DNA of 38,855 nucleotides. Origin: a virus (lineage: Duplodnaviria > Caudoviricetes). A program made the translations under genes and the position numbers. The notes under the pieces are model-generated. The model was not told where the DNA came from and did no database searches. It worked only from the letters and a program-made list of their open reading frames with translations. Of this stretch, positions 18,521 through 26,433 are shown in pieces; position 1 is the stretch's first letter; each line of letters opens with the position of its first letter. The DNA is taken from positions 1 to 38,855 of IMG/VR virus record IMGVR_UViG_3300050162_000175; one strand, 5' to 3'.

Positions 18521-20305
18521 TCACACGCAACCGCTGTCGAAGTCGAAAGCAGCGGCATCGTCGTCATCGCTGGACTTCTCGCGGCTGGCTTTGTCGGGGG
18601 CGCCCATGTAGTCGATCTCGCCCACGTCGCGCTGTAGTGCGTAGACCAGCATCAGCAGGGCAATCGCAAAGTCACCGTGCCGCCGCGCCTTGCCACCGCC
18701 CTCGGCTGCAGCGGCCTTGGCGCCCGCGCTTTGGGTGGATGTGTTGGGCAGCTTGGGCACACCATTGATCAGCTTGATGGCGCGCAGGTCGTCTTGCAGA
18801 TCAGCGTCACGCGGTATGTCGGTGAGCGTGCCATCAGCCAGGCCGGCCTTTAGCTTGGGCATGTGCTGCAGGTAAAACGACTCGCTGAGCTTGACCTGCT
18901 CGACCATCTGCGTGCCGTACTGCTGCGCCATCTTCTCGGCCAGGGCTGCGCCATTGCCGGTGGCATCCATCGCACCACCGCGCCATCTGCGCGGCTTGAG
19001 CGCGTCAATGATGGCCGCCATGATCTGCTCTTGGCACGTGAACGGGCAGTTGCTCAGCTCGATCACCATGCGCACGCGGGTGACCAGGTCAAGCCCACGC
19101 TCGCCGATCACGATCACCGACTGGTCGCGGTTGCGCGCAAAGTCTTGACCGAACGCGTGCACCAGGTCCGGGTGCAGCAGCGTTTTGAAGTGCGGCTCCA
19201 GCTGCTCGCGGATCCAGCCCTTGATGGCGTAGGTGCGCACATCCTCGGGTTGGTAGGCGAAGCTGTCATCCCACTTGCCACGCACGATGACCGGGCCCAG
19301 CGGGGGCACTGCGGCCGTCATGCGTTCGTTGATCAGCGTGAGCGAGAGGTAAGCGCCGCTCGATGCCGATGGCACAGCGTCAAGCTCCTCGGCTGCATCG
19401 TCACCATAGAACTTGTAGGCGCTGGCCACCCACTTGTCTTGCGCCTCTTGGCTCCAGGCAATGCCCTTGCGCAGGCACACACGCTCATACAGGCCTTGCT
19501 GCACCGCGTCTTTGAACGTGATGCGGTGCACGCTGGCCTGCGTGGCATCACCACGCTTGCCCGCGCGGATCTCTTGTATCAGCTGGTTGAACGCGTTCTC
19601 GGTGCCGTCATGCGTGCTGATGATGCGGACCTTGTCGCCCCACAGCAGCATGGCCATTGCGGCCTTGAGCAGCTGGCCCAGGTCAGGCGCAAACGCGGCC
19701 TCGTCAATGACCACCACACCCTGCTTGCCGCGCAGGTTCGTGGGGCGGCTGGACAGCGCAACGATGCGCCGGCCCGAACCGGGGAACACGATCTCATAGG
19801 TCTTGATGTAGCGGCGTGTGGGGTCGAACTCGGTGCCATCACCACCATCGTCATACAGGCCCTCGCCGATCTCGCCCGCAGCGTAGTCGAACGCCCGCGC
19901 CCACATGGCGCAGGCCTCAATGTACTCGCGGGCCATGTCCTGCGTGGCGCTGATGTAGAACACATTCGAGCCGCCCTCGCTCGATGCGATCAGCACATCG
20001 TCAGCAGCCTCGGCCCAGGTGATGCCTGTGCGCCGGCCCTTCTCCATCACCTTGAGCTGGGCGTCGTCAGCCACCCACTCGGCCTGGTAGCCCATCAACA
20101 CCGCAGGCAGGGCTGCATAAGCGCTGGTGGTGACCTGGCTGAGCGGGTTCTCAGGCGCCAGCAGCGGGCCCGCAGCGGCACCAGGCAGCGCAGCGGCCAC
20201 GGCAATAGAGCCAGCCACCGCCGCGTTGGCGATGGCCTTGGCGGCGCGCTTGATGGGGCCTGGGCCTTTGGGCGCCGGCTGGGGCGGCTTAGGTGGCTTG
20301 ACCAT
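18521..20305 (-). CDS. Terminase large subunit, Mu gp28 family
   Basis: Probable start MVKPP at 20305. YQAEW, EKGRRTGITWAEA (Walker A), NLRGKQG.VVIDEAAF (Walker B), IISTHDG, GQDFAR..D, MDATGNG, HGDFAIA. Confidence 0.95.
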   Translation of the reverse strand: MVKPPKPPQPAPKGPGPIKRAAKAIANAAVAGSIAVAAALPGAAAGPLLAPENPLSQVTTSAYAALPAVLMGYQAEWVADDAQLKVMEKGRRTGITWAEAADDVLIASSEGGSNVFYISATQDMAREYIEACAMWARAFDYAAGEIGEGLYDDGGDGTEFDPTRRYIKTYEIVFPGSGRRIVALSSRPTNLRGKQGVVVIDEAAFAPDLGQLLKAAMAMLLWGDKVRIISTHDGTENAFNQLIQEIRAGKRGDATQASVHRITFKDAVQQGLYERVCLRKGIAWSQEAQDKWVASAYKFYGDDAAEELDAVPSASSGAYLSLTLINERMTAAVPPLGPVIVRGKWDDSFAYQPEDVRTYAIKGWIREQLEPHFKTLLHPDLVHAFGQDFARNRDQSVIVIGERGLDLVTRVRMVIELSNCPFTCQEQIMAAIIDALKPRRWRGGAMDATGNGAALAEKMAQQYGTQMVEQVKLSESFYLQHMPKLKAGLADGTLTDIPRDADLQDDLRAIKLINGVPKLPNTSTQSAGAKAAAAEGGGKARRHGDFAIALLMLVYALQRDVGEIDYMGAPDKASREKSSDDDDAAAFDFDSGCV

Positions 20306-20306
20306 G

Positions 20307-20900
20307 TCAGCCGCCCTCGGCTGCAGGCTCACCAGCTGGGCGCTTGGCCACGCCCATGATCTGGCGCCGAATCTCTTGCACCTGGTCGGGCGTGAGGCCG
20401 CCCGTCTTGGCAATCTTGGCCACCTTGTCTGCGGCAGCCTTGGCGCGCGCCTCCACGTCAGTGCGCCACTTGGCCTGGTTGACGCGGGCGCGGCTGAGTG
20501 TGCTGATGTGCTTTGCAGCTGACACCATCAGCGCCAGGCGTGCGCCCGGGTCGCTCTCGTCTTCGGCTTCTCGGATCTCCAGCAAGGTCTCGAAGACCTC
20601 GGACTGGATCAGCGCCATCGTGGCTTCAGAGCGGCTGTCTCCATCGTCGCGTGATGACTCGGCGATCAGCTTGGTGGCCTCGGTCGTGGCGCGGATGGAC
20701 TCTTGCGCACGCTTGACCTTGAGCGACTCAGCCCCGATCGCAGACTTGCCGATCGTGATGGCCACGCCGCCCTCTTTCATGAGCGCATTGAACTCTTCGG
20801 TGAGCGCCTCAATGTCGCCAAAGGCGCGACCCACGATGGCCTTGTGCAGCCATTCGCGGTACTCAGCGGGCAGCTTGGCGATCTTGCTGACGGGTGGCAT
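20307..20900 (-). CDS. Terminase small subunit, Mu gp27 / DUF3486 family
   Basis: SKIAKLP...WL, GKSAIG, GGLTPDQVQEIRRQIMG; directly upstream of the large terminase. Confidence 0.88.
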   Translation of the reverse strand: MPPVSKIAKLPAEYREWLHKAIVGRAFGDIEALTEEFNALMKEGGVAITIGKSAIGAESLKVKRAQESIRATTEATKLIAESSRDDGDSRSEATMALIQSEVFETLLEIREAEDESDPGARLALMVSAAKHISTLSRARVNQAKWRTDVEARAKAAADKVAKIAKTGGLTPDQVQEIRRQIMGVAKRPAGEPAAEGG

Positions 20901-20908
20901 GGGCTACC

Positions 20909-21205
20909 TCAAGCGCCGGGCGCAGGGCGAGTCACACCGGGCACGGTGGACAGGCCCGCAGCCACATCCAGCCCCGCTTGTGTGAGCGTGGCCACCATGA
21001 CCTGGTCGGGCGTTTCAAGCGTGATCAGGCCCTGCTCGCGCAGCCAGGACAGATCGGTCTTGATGCGATCGAGCGACACAGCGTTCCCGAACTGCGCCGC
21101 ATAGCGCTGCAGCACAAACTGCGCAGCGCGGTAGCCCGCAGCAGCCTGCAGGGCTTTGAGCACCACGAGGCGGCGGTCTTGGTCCATGACGTCAGCGAAG
21201 CTCAT
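20909..21205 (-). CDS. Mu gp26-like winged-helix protein
   Basis: DRRLVVLKAL...SLDRIKTDLSWLREQGL...ATLTQAGLDVAAG...PGVTRP. Confidence 0.85.
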   Translation of the reverse strand: MSFADVMDQDRRLVVLKALQAAAGYRAAQFVLQRYAAQFGNAVSLDRIKTDLSWLREQGLITLETPDQVMVATLTQAGLDVAAGLSTVPGVTRPAPGA

Positions 21206-21570
21206 TTGTTGTTCAGCAGGTAGTTTTCGATTCGATAGAGCGACTTGCTCATGTCGTCTTGCATCCTAGCCAGGGTTTTGACAGACCCGGCCAGCTCGGC
21301 CAGCTCTTCGCTTGTGGGCATGTGCGCAATGCGCTCACCGATTACCGCCAGGTTGTTATGCATGACCTGGTGCTGGTCATCAACGTGACGGCGCAACGTG
21401 GCCACATCACCAGAGATGGCCTTGTGCTGCGTGTCAACGTGATCACGCAGTGTGGCCAGGCCCGCAACCGCAGCCTCACCGGGCTTGCGCAGCCAAGTCG
21501 TGGCCGCCACAGCCAGCACGATGACCCATTGCAGTAGGTCTAGCCAAAAGCGGGGGTCAGTGAGATTCAT
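21202..21570 (-). CDS. Mu gp25 / DUF2730-like membrane-anchored protein
   Basis: N-terminal TM segment, coiled coil, HMPT motif, IENYLL C-terminus; precedes gp26. Confidence 0.75.
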   Translation of the reverse strand: MNLTDPRFWLDLLQWVIVLAVAATTWLRKPGEAAVAGLATLRDHVDTQHKAISGDVATLRRHVDDQHQVMHNNLAVIGERIAHMPTSEELAELAGSVKTLARMQDDMSKSLYRIENYLLNNK

Positions 21571-21588
21571 AGCGGCTGCGCTCCCTAA

Positions 21589-23091
21589 TCAAGACTGGCC
21601 AAGAAGTTGACGCACCGCGTTGACGACGCCCGGCACCATCCGGTCATTGCCCCAGGCGAAATGGCCTTTGACGCCGAAATGCGTGAGGTCGTCGTTGGGT
21701 GCCGGCAGTGAGGTGAACAAAATATCTGCGTTGCCTACACCCGTAGGCGCAAGCGAGTTGCCCGTGCCAGTCACAGCCTGGCCGCTGGCGTCCGTCATTG
21801 CTGGCACGAACAGCACGTAGGGCGAGTTGACCTGCGCAATGCCCGCAATCACCGCTTGCTCGTATGCGACGCACGCCGTCTGACTGACCGTCGTCGCTGA
21901 GGCGGTTGAGCCGAGCAAGATCCAATAGATACCGGGCCAAGCATCCAGCGCGGCCCGCAGCGTGAGCACAACTTCCGCGGTCACCTGAGCCGCCGTGAAG
22001 TTGCCGACCGCCATACCGTTGCCGTCGTTGACTGACAGGGCCATGATGCCCAGCGCAACAGCCTTGAGCTGGGGGAAGGTCGATAGGTTCGCAATCTTTT
22101 GTCTGTGCGTCCTATTGCCAGCCAGGAAGCCGGTGCCCGACTCTGAGTCGAGCCACCAGTTCGGGTTGCCCAGCACATCACGCATCACCTCGGAGTACGC
22201 CTCGCAGCTGGCGCCCTGCGACACCGTGCCGCCCAGCGAATCAGCCAGGTGCAACACAAGCGGATGGTTGGGTGGATCAAAAAAAGTTGCAGTGCTGCTG
22301 ATGCCCACGCTGACAAGGCCAAAATCACCCCACAGTGGGAACTCCACGTAACGACGCTTGCGCCCACCCAACTGGCTGAAATCAAGAGTCGTCCAGTAGA
22401 TGCCGCCGGACTGAGTTTGAATGAATGCGCAATTGCCCGGACCGATTGCAGACAGAGTAGGGTCCACCACGCGGCGGGGGCCAGATCCATCATCGACCGT
22501 CATCTGCAGTGCATTGCCGCCGCCGATGAACACCGCTGGGTACACGTCCTCGGTCACGAATGCGTAACGACCGCCACGAGCCGCGGTCCCTTCGCTTGCA
22601 TCCACTGCATTTGGCAAATACTGCACAACACCCTTGGTGATGCCTGAGCCACTGAGATACGGGAATGCGCCATACAAGCGCACCGGCTTGAGCAGCTGCG
22701 CGCCACCATTGGCTGGCCGCGCATTCACGATGCCGGTGCCCATCACCTGGACCTTGTACCCTGCCGGCGTTGCTGAGCCGGGGTTCAGGTACCCCACCGT
22801 CGGGGTCGTGTTGAGTGTGTAAGCCGATCCATTGCTCGTGTAGAACACATACGAGCTGCCCGACGTCACCTTGCCCATTTTGCCGGCGTTTGCCGCAGCC
22901 GGAAATGCCGCAGCCAGCGCTGCAGCATCGGCATACACCGTGGCAGACACTACCTGCGCAGACGGGATCGGCGTGTTGCTGCGGCAGTTGTTGTTTTTGT
23001 AGCGCTCGTAGCGAACCAGCAAATCAGTCAACACACTGCTCGCTGCTGCGATGCCCCCGCCGCTGCCCCATGAACGTCCTCTACCTGCCAT
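21589..23091 (-). CDS. SGNH/GDSL hydrolase-domain protein, possibly virion-associated
   Basis: Strong SD TAAGGAG. Block I LHLADSLG, block II ESGTGF, block III LSVNDG, block V DDLTHFGVKGH. The N-terminal half is Ala/Gly/Thr-rich and beta-like. Confidence 0.75.
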   Translation of the reverse strand: MAGRGRSWGSGGGIAAASSVLTDLLVRYERYKNNNCRSNTPIPSAQVVSATVYADAAALAAAFPAAANAGKMGKVTSGSSYVFYTSNGSAYTLNTTPTVGYLNPGSATPAGYKVQVMGTGIVNARPANGGAQLLKPVRLYGAFPYLSGSGITKGVVQYLPNAVDASEGTAARGGRYAFVTEDVYPAVFIGGGNALQMTVDDGSGPRRVVDPTLSAIGPGNCAFIQTQSGGIYWTTLDFSQLGGRKRRYVEFPLWGDFGLVSVGISSTATFFDPPNHPLVLHLADSLGGTVSQGASCEAYSEVMRDVLGNPNWWLDSESGTGFLAGNRTHRQKIANLSTFPQLKAVALGIMALSVNDGNGMAVGNFTAAQVTAEVVLTLRAALDAWPGIYWILLGSTASATTVSQTACVAYEQAVIAGIAQVNSPYVLFVPAMTDASGQAVTGTGNSLAPTGVGNADILFTSLPAPNDDLTHFGVKGHFAWGNDRMVPGVVNAVRQLLGQS

Positions 23092-23177
23092 CTCGGTCTC
23101 CTTAAATCAAATCGTTTGAATTGAACAGCTCAATACGCAGCTGCGGCATTGGATGGGCTCAGGGTCGCCCGCCATGA

Positions 23178-23492
23178 TCAGCTCCCCTCGCCAGCAAACA
23201 CCACAATCGCCTGGTTGCCCGATGGGCTGATCACGGCGATGTGCGTAGAGCCTGGCCCCTTCCGGTACGGCGACAACGTGGCGGGCGGCACAGGGATGCT
23301 CAGGGCCGTAGCAACAGTCGTGGCGTCACCGGTCTTGATGAACACAGTGTTGGGGCCCGGGTTGTAGACCATCACGTCCTCGCCAATGCGCTCCAGCGCG
23401 TTGTCGGCGATCAGCGTGGCGGCGCTCGCAGCAGTGGCCGTGATGGCAATGCCATCGTCGCCATACGCGGGCCAGTTCTTCTCTGCACTCAT
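23178..23492 (-). CDS. Hypothetical beta-rich protein (104 aa)
   Basis: ATG overlaps the spanin stop; SD GGAG. VMVYNPGPNTVFIKTGD...IPVPP...THIAVIS...AGEGS. Confidence 0.75.
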   Translation of the reverse strand: MSAEKNWPAYGDDGIAITATAASAATLIADNALERIGEDVMVYNPGPNTVFIKTGDATTVATALSIPVPPATLSPYRKGPGSTHIAVISPSGNQAIVVFAGEGS

Positions 23493-24121
23493 GGGTGAAC
23501 TCCATTGCGGCCATCAGCCGCATCAGTCGGTTGGGATTTGATGTAGTCAATCAGCGCTAGGCATCGCGTACGGATCGTGGTGCACCGCCTGAAGTTGATT
23601 TCGGCGTTGAGCTGCGCCTGGTCAGCGCTGACGCCTGCGGGCTCAGCCCACTGGGCATCGGCTGTGAAGCCTTGCCCTGGCTCTAGGCTGGCACCAGTGG
23701 CACCAGCTCCGGCAAGGGCGCCAGCAACTCCGCTGGCACTGGTGGGCATCTGCGGATAACCAAGGGCTGTGTTGAGCCGCAAGACGCCAGCGCGAGAGAG
23801 CTGAGCGCCAGCAGGATTCGCGCACGCAGTTGTGGGAGCAAAGCGAGGGACATTGGCAAGTCTCCGGGCAAGGGATTCGATCGATGCACGCTGCACGTCC
23901 AGCTGCGCATTGAGGCCAGCAACTGCACGCTCGCCGCGCTTGACCTGGTCCACATACAACTGGTGCTCGGCAGCCAAGGCCAGCGTCTTGCCCGCTTGCT
24001 GCACCAGCTGCTCTTGCTGGCGGCCCGAATGGCTGCCTGCGCACCAGGTGCCGGCAAGCACAGCCGCAATGGCCAGCAAGCCCATCAACCAGGCCAAGCC
24101 CTTTGATGCCAGCCAGCTCAT
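23489..24121 (-). CDS. Inner-membrane spanin (Rz-like)
   Basis: N-terminal TM (LAWLMGLLAIAAVLAG) followed by a coiled coil; sits after the holin; hosts an embedded lipoprotein frame. Confidence 0.7.
   Translation of the reverse strand: MSWLASKGLAWLMGLLAIAAVLAGTWCAGSHSGRQQEQLVQQAGKTLALAAEHQLYVDQVKRGERAVAGLNAQLDVQRASIESLARRLANVPRFAPTTACANPAGAQLSRAGVLRLNTALGYPQMPTSASGVAGALAGAGATGASLEPGQGFTADAQWAEPAGVSADQAQLNAEINFRRCTTIRTRCLALIDYIKSQPTDAADGRNGVHP
23683..23853 (-). CDS. Outer-membrane spanin lipoprotein (Rz1-like), fully embedded in Rz
   Basis: MSLALLPQLRARILLALSSLALASCGSTQPLVIRRCPPVPAELLAPLPELVPLVPA: lipobox LASC plus Pro-rich CPPVPAELL, in a shifted frame inside Rz. Confidence 0.8.
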   Translation of the reverse strand: MSLALLPQLRARILLALSSLALASCGSTQPLVIRRCPPVPAELLAPLPELVPLVPA

Positions 24122-24324
24122 GTGCCACCCCCGTCGCTCAGGCCAGGCTGGCCCAGCTGCTTGCGCAGGTGCGTGATGTGCACATTGATGTAGCGCACAA
24201 GCTGAGTCAGGTCGGCCTCACGCTGCGCCAGCGTGGCGGTGTGCTGCACCGTCAAGTGCGTGCAACCCACTTTCATCGACAGCGCTTGATCTGCTGCGGC
24301 AGGAGTGGGCACGAGCGCGCTCAC
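24118..24324 (-). CDS. Hypothetical protein in lysis cassette (68 aa)
   Basis: GTGA/ATGA overlaps with the holin and with Rz (translational coupling). Confidence 0.55.
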   Translation of the reverse strand: MSALVPTPAAADQALSMKVGCTHLTVQHTATLAQREADLTQLVRYINVHITHLRKQLGQPGLSDGGGT

Positions 24325-24548
24325 AGCTTGACCCCTTGGCTGGTGATCACGCGCAGCGCGGTGTTGATCACGGGCAGCGCAAAGGCAATGACTTGCCACA
24401 GCGGCACAGGCAGCACAGGCTGCAGCAAGCCCAGCTGCTGCTCGGCCACACCGAGCGCGAGCACGCCGGCATTGATCAAGATCGTCTTGGACTGATACCA
24501 GGGCTTGGCATCAGTGGTGATCGTGATTTGGGGGGTGCCATCAGGCAT
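24321..24548 (-). CDS. Putative holin
   Basis: 75 aa; KPWYQSKTILIN, two hydrophobic segments, LRVITSQ; adjacent to the endolysin. Confidence 0.75.
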   Translation of the reverse strand: MPDGTPQITITTDAKPWYQSKTILINAGVLALGVAEQQLGLLQPVLPVPLWQVIAFALPVINTALRVITSQGVKL

Positions 24549-25146
24549 GGGTGCCTCCGATCAACAGCGCCGCTTTGGGCGGGATGAACTGGTTGGCGAC
24601 GTACGCAGCCACATCAAAGCCGGGGCAGGTCTTGAGCCACTCGTTTGATGTGACGCGGCCGTCGCCGTTGAGGTCAGGCGAGAGGTCGCGGTGGCCGCAG
24701 ACACCGTTGACGAGCACACTGCCCCTGGCTGTTGGCGCAAGCACTGGCGCTTGCAATGGCACATGCAGCGATGGGCCAAGCTGGCGCAGCAGGCTCTCAA
24801 GCGCATGGAACTGCTGGACCGTGAACGCATTGGTGCCGGTCATGCAGATGCCGACCGTGTCTGAGTTGCGGCCCTGCACATGCGCGCCAACCTCAATCAG
24901 CGAGCGGCCCGTGAACACGGCACCGTTGCAGGCAATCACGAAGTGATAGCCGATGGACTTGAGCTTGGGGTTGAAGCGCGCGGCTGCACCAGGGTTGCGC
25001 TTAAAGCCGCGCGCCTGGTGCATCTCGTCAATGCGGTCAGCCGCCGTCTTGAAGTCGGGCTGGCCCGCCGTGCCACTGAACAGCGCATCGCCATTGGCGG
25101 TGGCCGAGCAGTGCACGACGATGAGGTTGACGACGCGTTGGGGCAT
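24541..25146 (-). CDS. Endolysin, N-acetylmuramoyl-L-alanine amidase (Amidase_2 / T7 lysozyme-like)
   Basis: IVVHCSAT, IGYHFVI, GAHVQGRN, GICMTG, GHRDLS, KTCPGFDV zinc-amidase motifs. Confidence 0.93.
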   Translation of the reverse strand: MPQRVVNLIVVHCSATANGDALFSGTAGQPDFKTAADRIDEMHQARGFKRNPGAAARFNPKLKSIGYHFVIACNGAVFTGRSLIEVGAHVQGRNSDTVGICMTGTNAFTVQQFHALESLLRQLGPSLHVPLQAPVLAPTARGSVLVNGVCGHRDLSPDLNGDGRVTSNEWLKTCPGFDVAAYVANQFIPPKAALLIGGTHA

Positions 25147-25152
25147 GCAGGC

Positions 25153-25198
25153 ATGGTGGCCCGCGCGCGCGCGAACTGGAAGTTAAACGGGTTTAGAA
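25153..25198 (-). promoter_or_regulatory. Putative activator-dependent late promoter (Plys-like), probably leaderless
   Basis: TTCTAAACCCGTTTAACTTCC, then 19 nt, then CACCAT, then 6 nt, then the lysin ATG. No SD present. Confidence 0.7.
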
Positions 25199-25214
25199 CC
25201 CGCAGCCATTGGGC

Positions 25215-25439
25215 TCAGAAGGCAGTGAGTGTGCGCTGGCAGCGCTCAAGCGCCACGTCATGTGGGATGCGGCCGTCGCTCAGCTTAGGGTAGCTGCCAA
25301 GCTCCATGAAGTATTTGACGCCACGGTTCACGCATGCATCGACCTGCGCTTTGTAGTGCTCGTCATCATGACCTGTGCATTGCGCGACCACCAGCACACC
25401 AGCAGTGATGATCAATGTAGCCCAACTCCATTTGCTCAT
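25215..25439 (-). CDS. Hypothetical membrane-anchored/exported protein (74 aa)
   Basis: N-terminal hydrophobic WATLIITAGVLVVAQC, then CVNRGVKYF...YPKLSDGR...ERC; ATGA-coupled to the upstream gene. Confidence 0.65.
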   Translation of the reverse strand: MSKWSWATLIITAGVLVVAQCTGHDDEHYKAQVDACVNRGVKYFMELGSYPKLSDGRIPHDVALERCQRTLTAF

Positions 25440-25702
25440 GTCGAGCCCTCACCTCGACCGAACAGCCGAGTCAGCCAACCCCGCACGCCGCGCGAGCGCT
25501 TGTCCCATTGCTCCAGGTCGAGGTTGCAGTGCATACACGCTGCGGTGTAGCGCCACGTTGTTTTGCGACATTGCGGGCATGTGCGCGACATGTCCGGGTC
25601 GATCCGAGGCGCAGGCGCCTCGGGCGCGTAATTGTTGATGTGGACGCTCTGCTGTCCAATGACAGTGGAGACCTGGTCCCCCGTGATGGTTTGATGCGGC
25701 AC
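25436..25702 (-). CDS. Hypothetical zinc-ribbon protein (88 aa)
   Basis: GTG start with GGGAG SD; CPQC...CMHC. Confidence 0.65.
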   Translation of the reverse strand: MPHQTITGDQVSTVIGQQSVHINNYAPEAPAPRIDPDMSRTCPQCRKTTWRYTAACMHCNLDLEQWDKRSRGVRGWLTRLFGRGEGST

Positions 25703-25810
25703 GCTACTACTCCCTACAACTCTGACGGCCTTGCGCCTCTTTTTACGCTAAACGATCGTCATCAACGTCACAGACACCCCCCTCGGTCGTGGGGTAAATG
25801 AAAAAATCGC

Positions 25811-25839
25811 TTGCGCTCAATAAATAACCGACGTACATT
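25811..25839 (+). promoter_or_regulatory. Sigma70-like promoter for the moron cassette
   Basis: TTGCGC-17 nt-TACATT in an AT-rich patch upstream of 25908. Confidence 0.65.
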
Positions 25840-25907
25840 AATTACATGGACAGCACATCGCTGCCATCCGACTCCAGCCGGTAGCTGGTTCTCTAAGGAG
25901 AGATCAC

Positions 25908-26129
25908 ATGACTACACACCCCCTCAACGCCCGCTTCGCTCCGATGGATGCCCACTTTGCCGACTGCGAGGCCGGCAAAGCGGCACTCGGTGAATATATC
26001 GGCGCTCGCGAGCGCGGCCTCGATCATGACGCTGCAACACTCTGCGCAAGCAACAGCCTGCAGCGCGCAGGCTTCAACGTCAATGCACGCGGTGGAGTTG
26101 CAGTAGATACAGATGAGGACGAGGCCTAA
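25908..26129 (+). CDS. Hypothetical protein (73 aa)
   Basis: Strong SD TAAGGAG before the ATG; first gene of the + strand cassette. Confidence 0.7.
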   Translation: MTTHPLNARFAPMDAHFADCEAGKAALGEYIGARERGLDHDAATLCASNSLQRAGFNVNARGGVAVDTDEDEA

Positions 26130-26130
26130 C

Positions 26131-26433
26131 GTGCCATCCAGGCACCACCGCTGGCAAACGCGCTGGCTCATCGACTCAGCCCAGCGCGCGCTTACCCACG
26201 CGCCCACTGGCTTGGTGATGCAGCCAGGCCAGCTGCAGCCCCTGCCCAATGGCGACGCTGTGCTCCTGCTGCTTACGGCAAAGCACGGTTTTCACAACGC
26301 CCCCCGCATGCTCACGCGCCTGGCCTGGGAGGCCTACACGCTGTGGGCCGAGCACACAGCCACACCCCACCTGCCCGGCGAGCTGGACGACCAGGCCGAG
26401 GCCGCTGTCAACAACCTCATGAGGCCCGTATGA
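26131..26433 (+). CDS. Hypothetical protein (100 aa)
   Basis: GTG at 26131 with GAGG SD; WQTRWLID...THAPTGLV...RLAWEA. Confidence 0.65.
   Translation: MPSRHHRWQTRWLIDSAQRALTHAPTGLVMQPGQLQPLPNGDAVLLLLTAKHGFHNAPRMLTRLAWEAYTLWAEHTATPHLPGELDDQAEAAVNNLMRPV

Noticed and set aside
23095-23177. Short ORF / imperfect palindrome (CAATACGCAGCTGCGGCATTG) upstream of the SGNH gene
   Set aside because: A 22-codon ORF without support and a weak hairpin without a U-tract are not enough to call a feature.
501-25186. Many long + strand ORFs across the late arm (e.g. 501-1433, 1995-2882, 7249-8466, 13475-14635, 18863-20359)
   Set aside because: They are antisense shadows of well-supported minus-strand phage genes in high-GC DNA, with no motifs or SDs.
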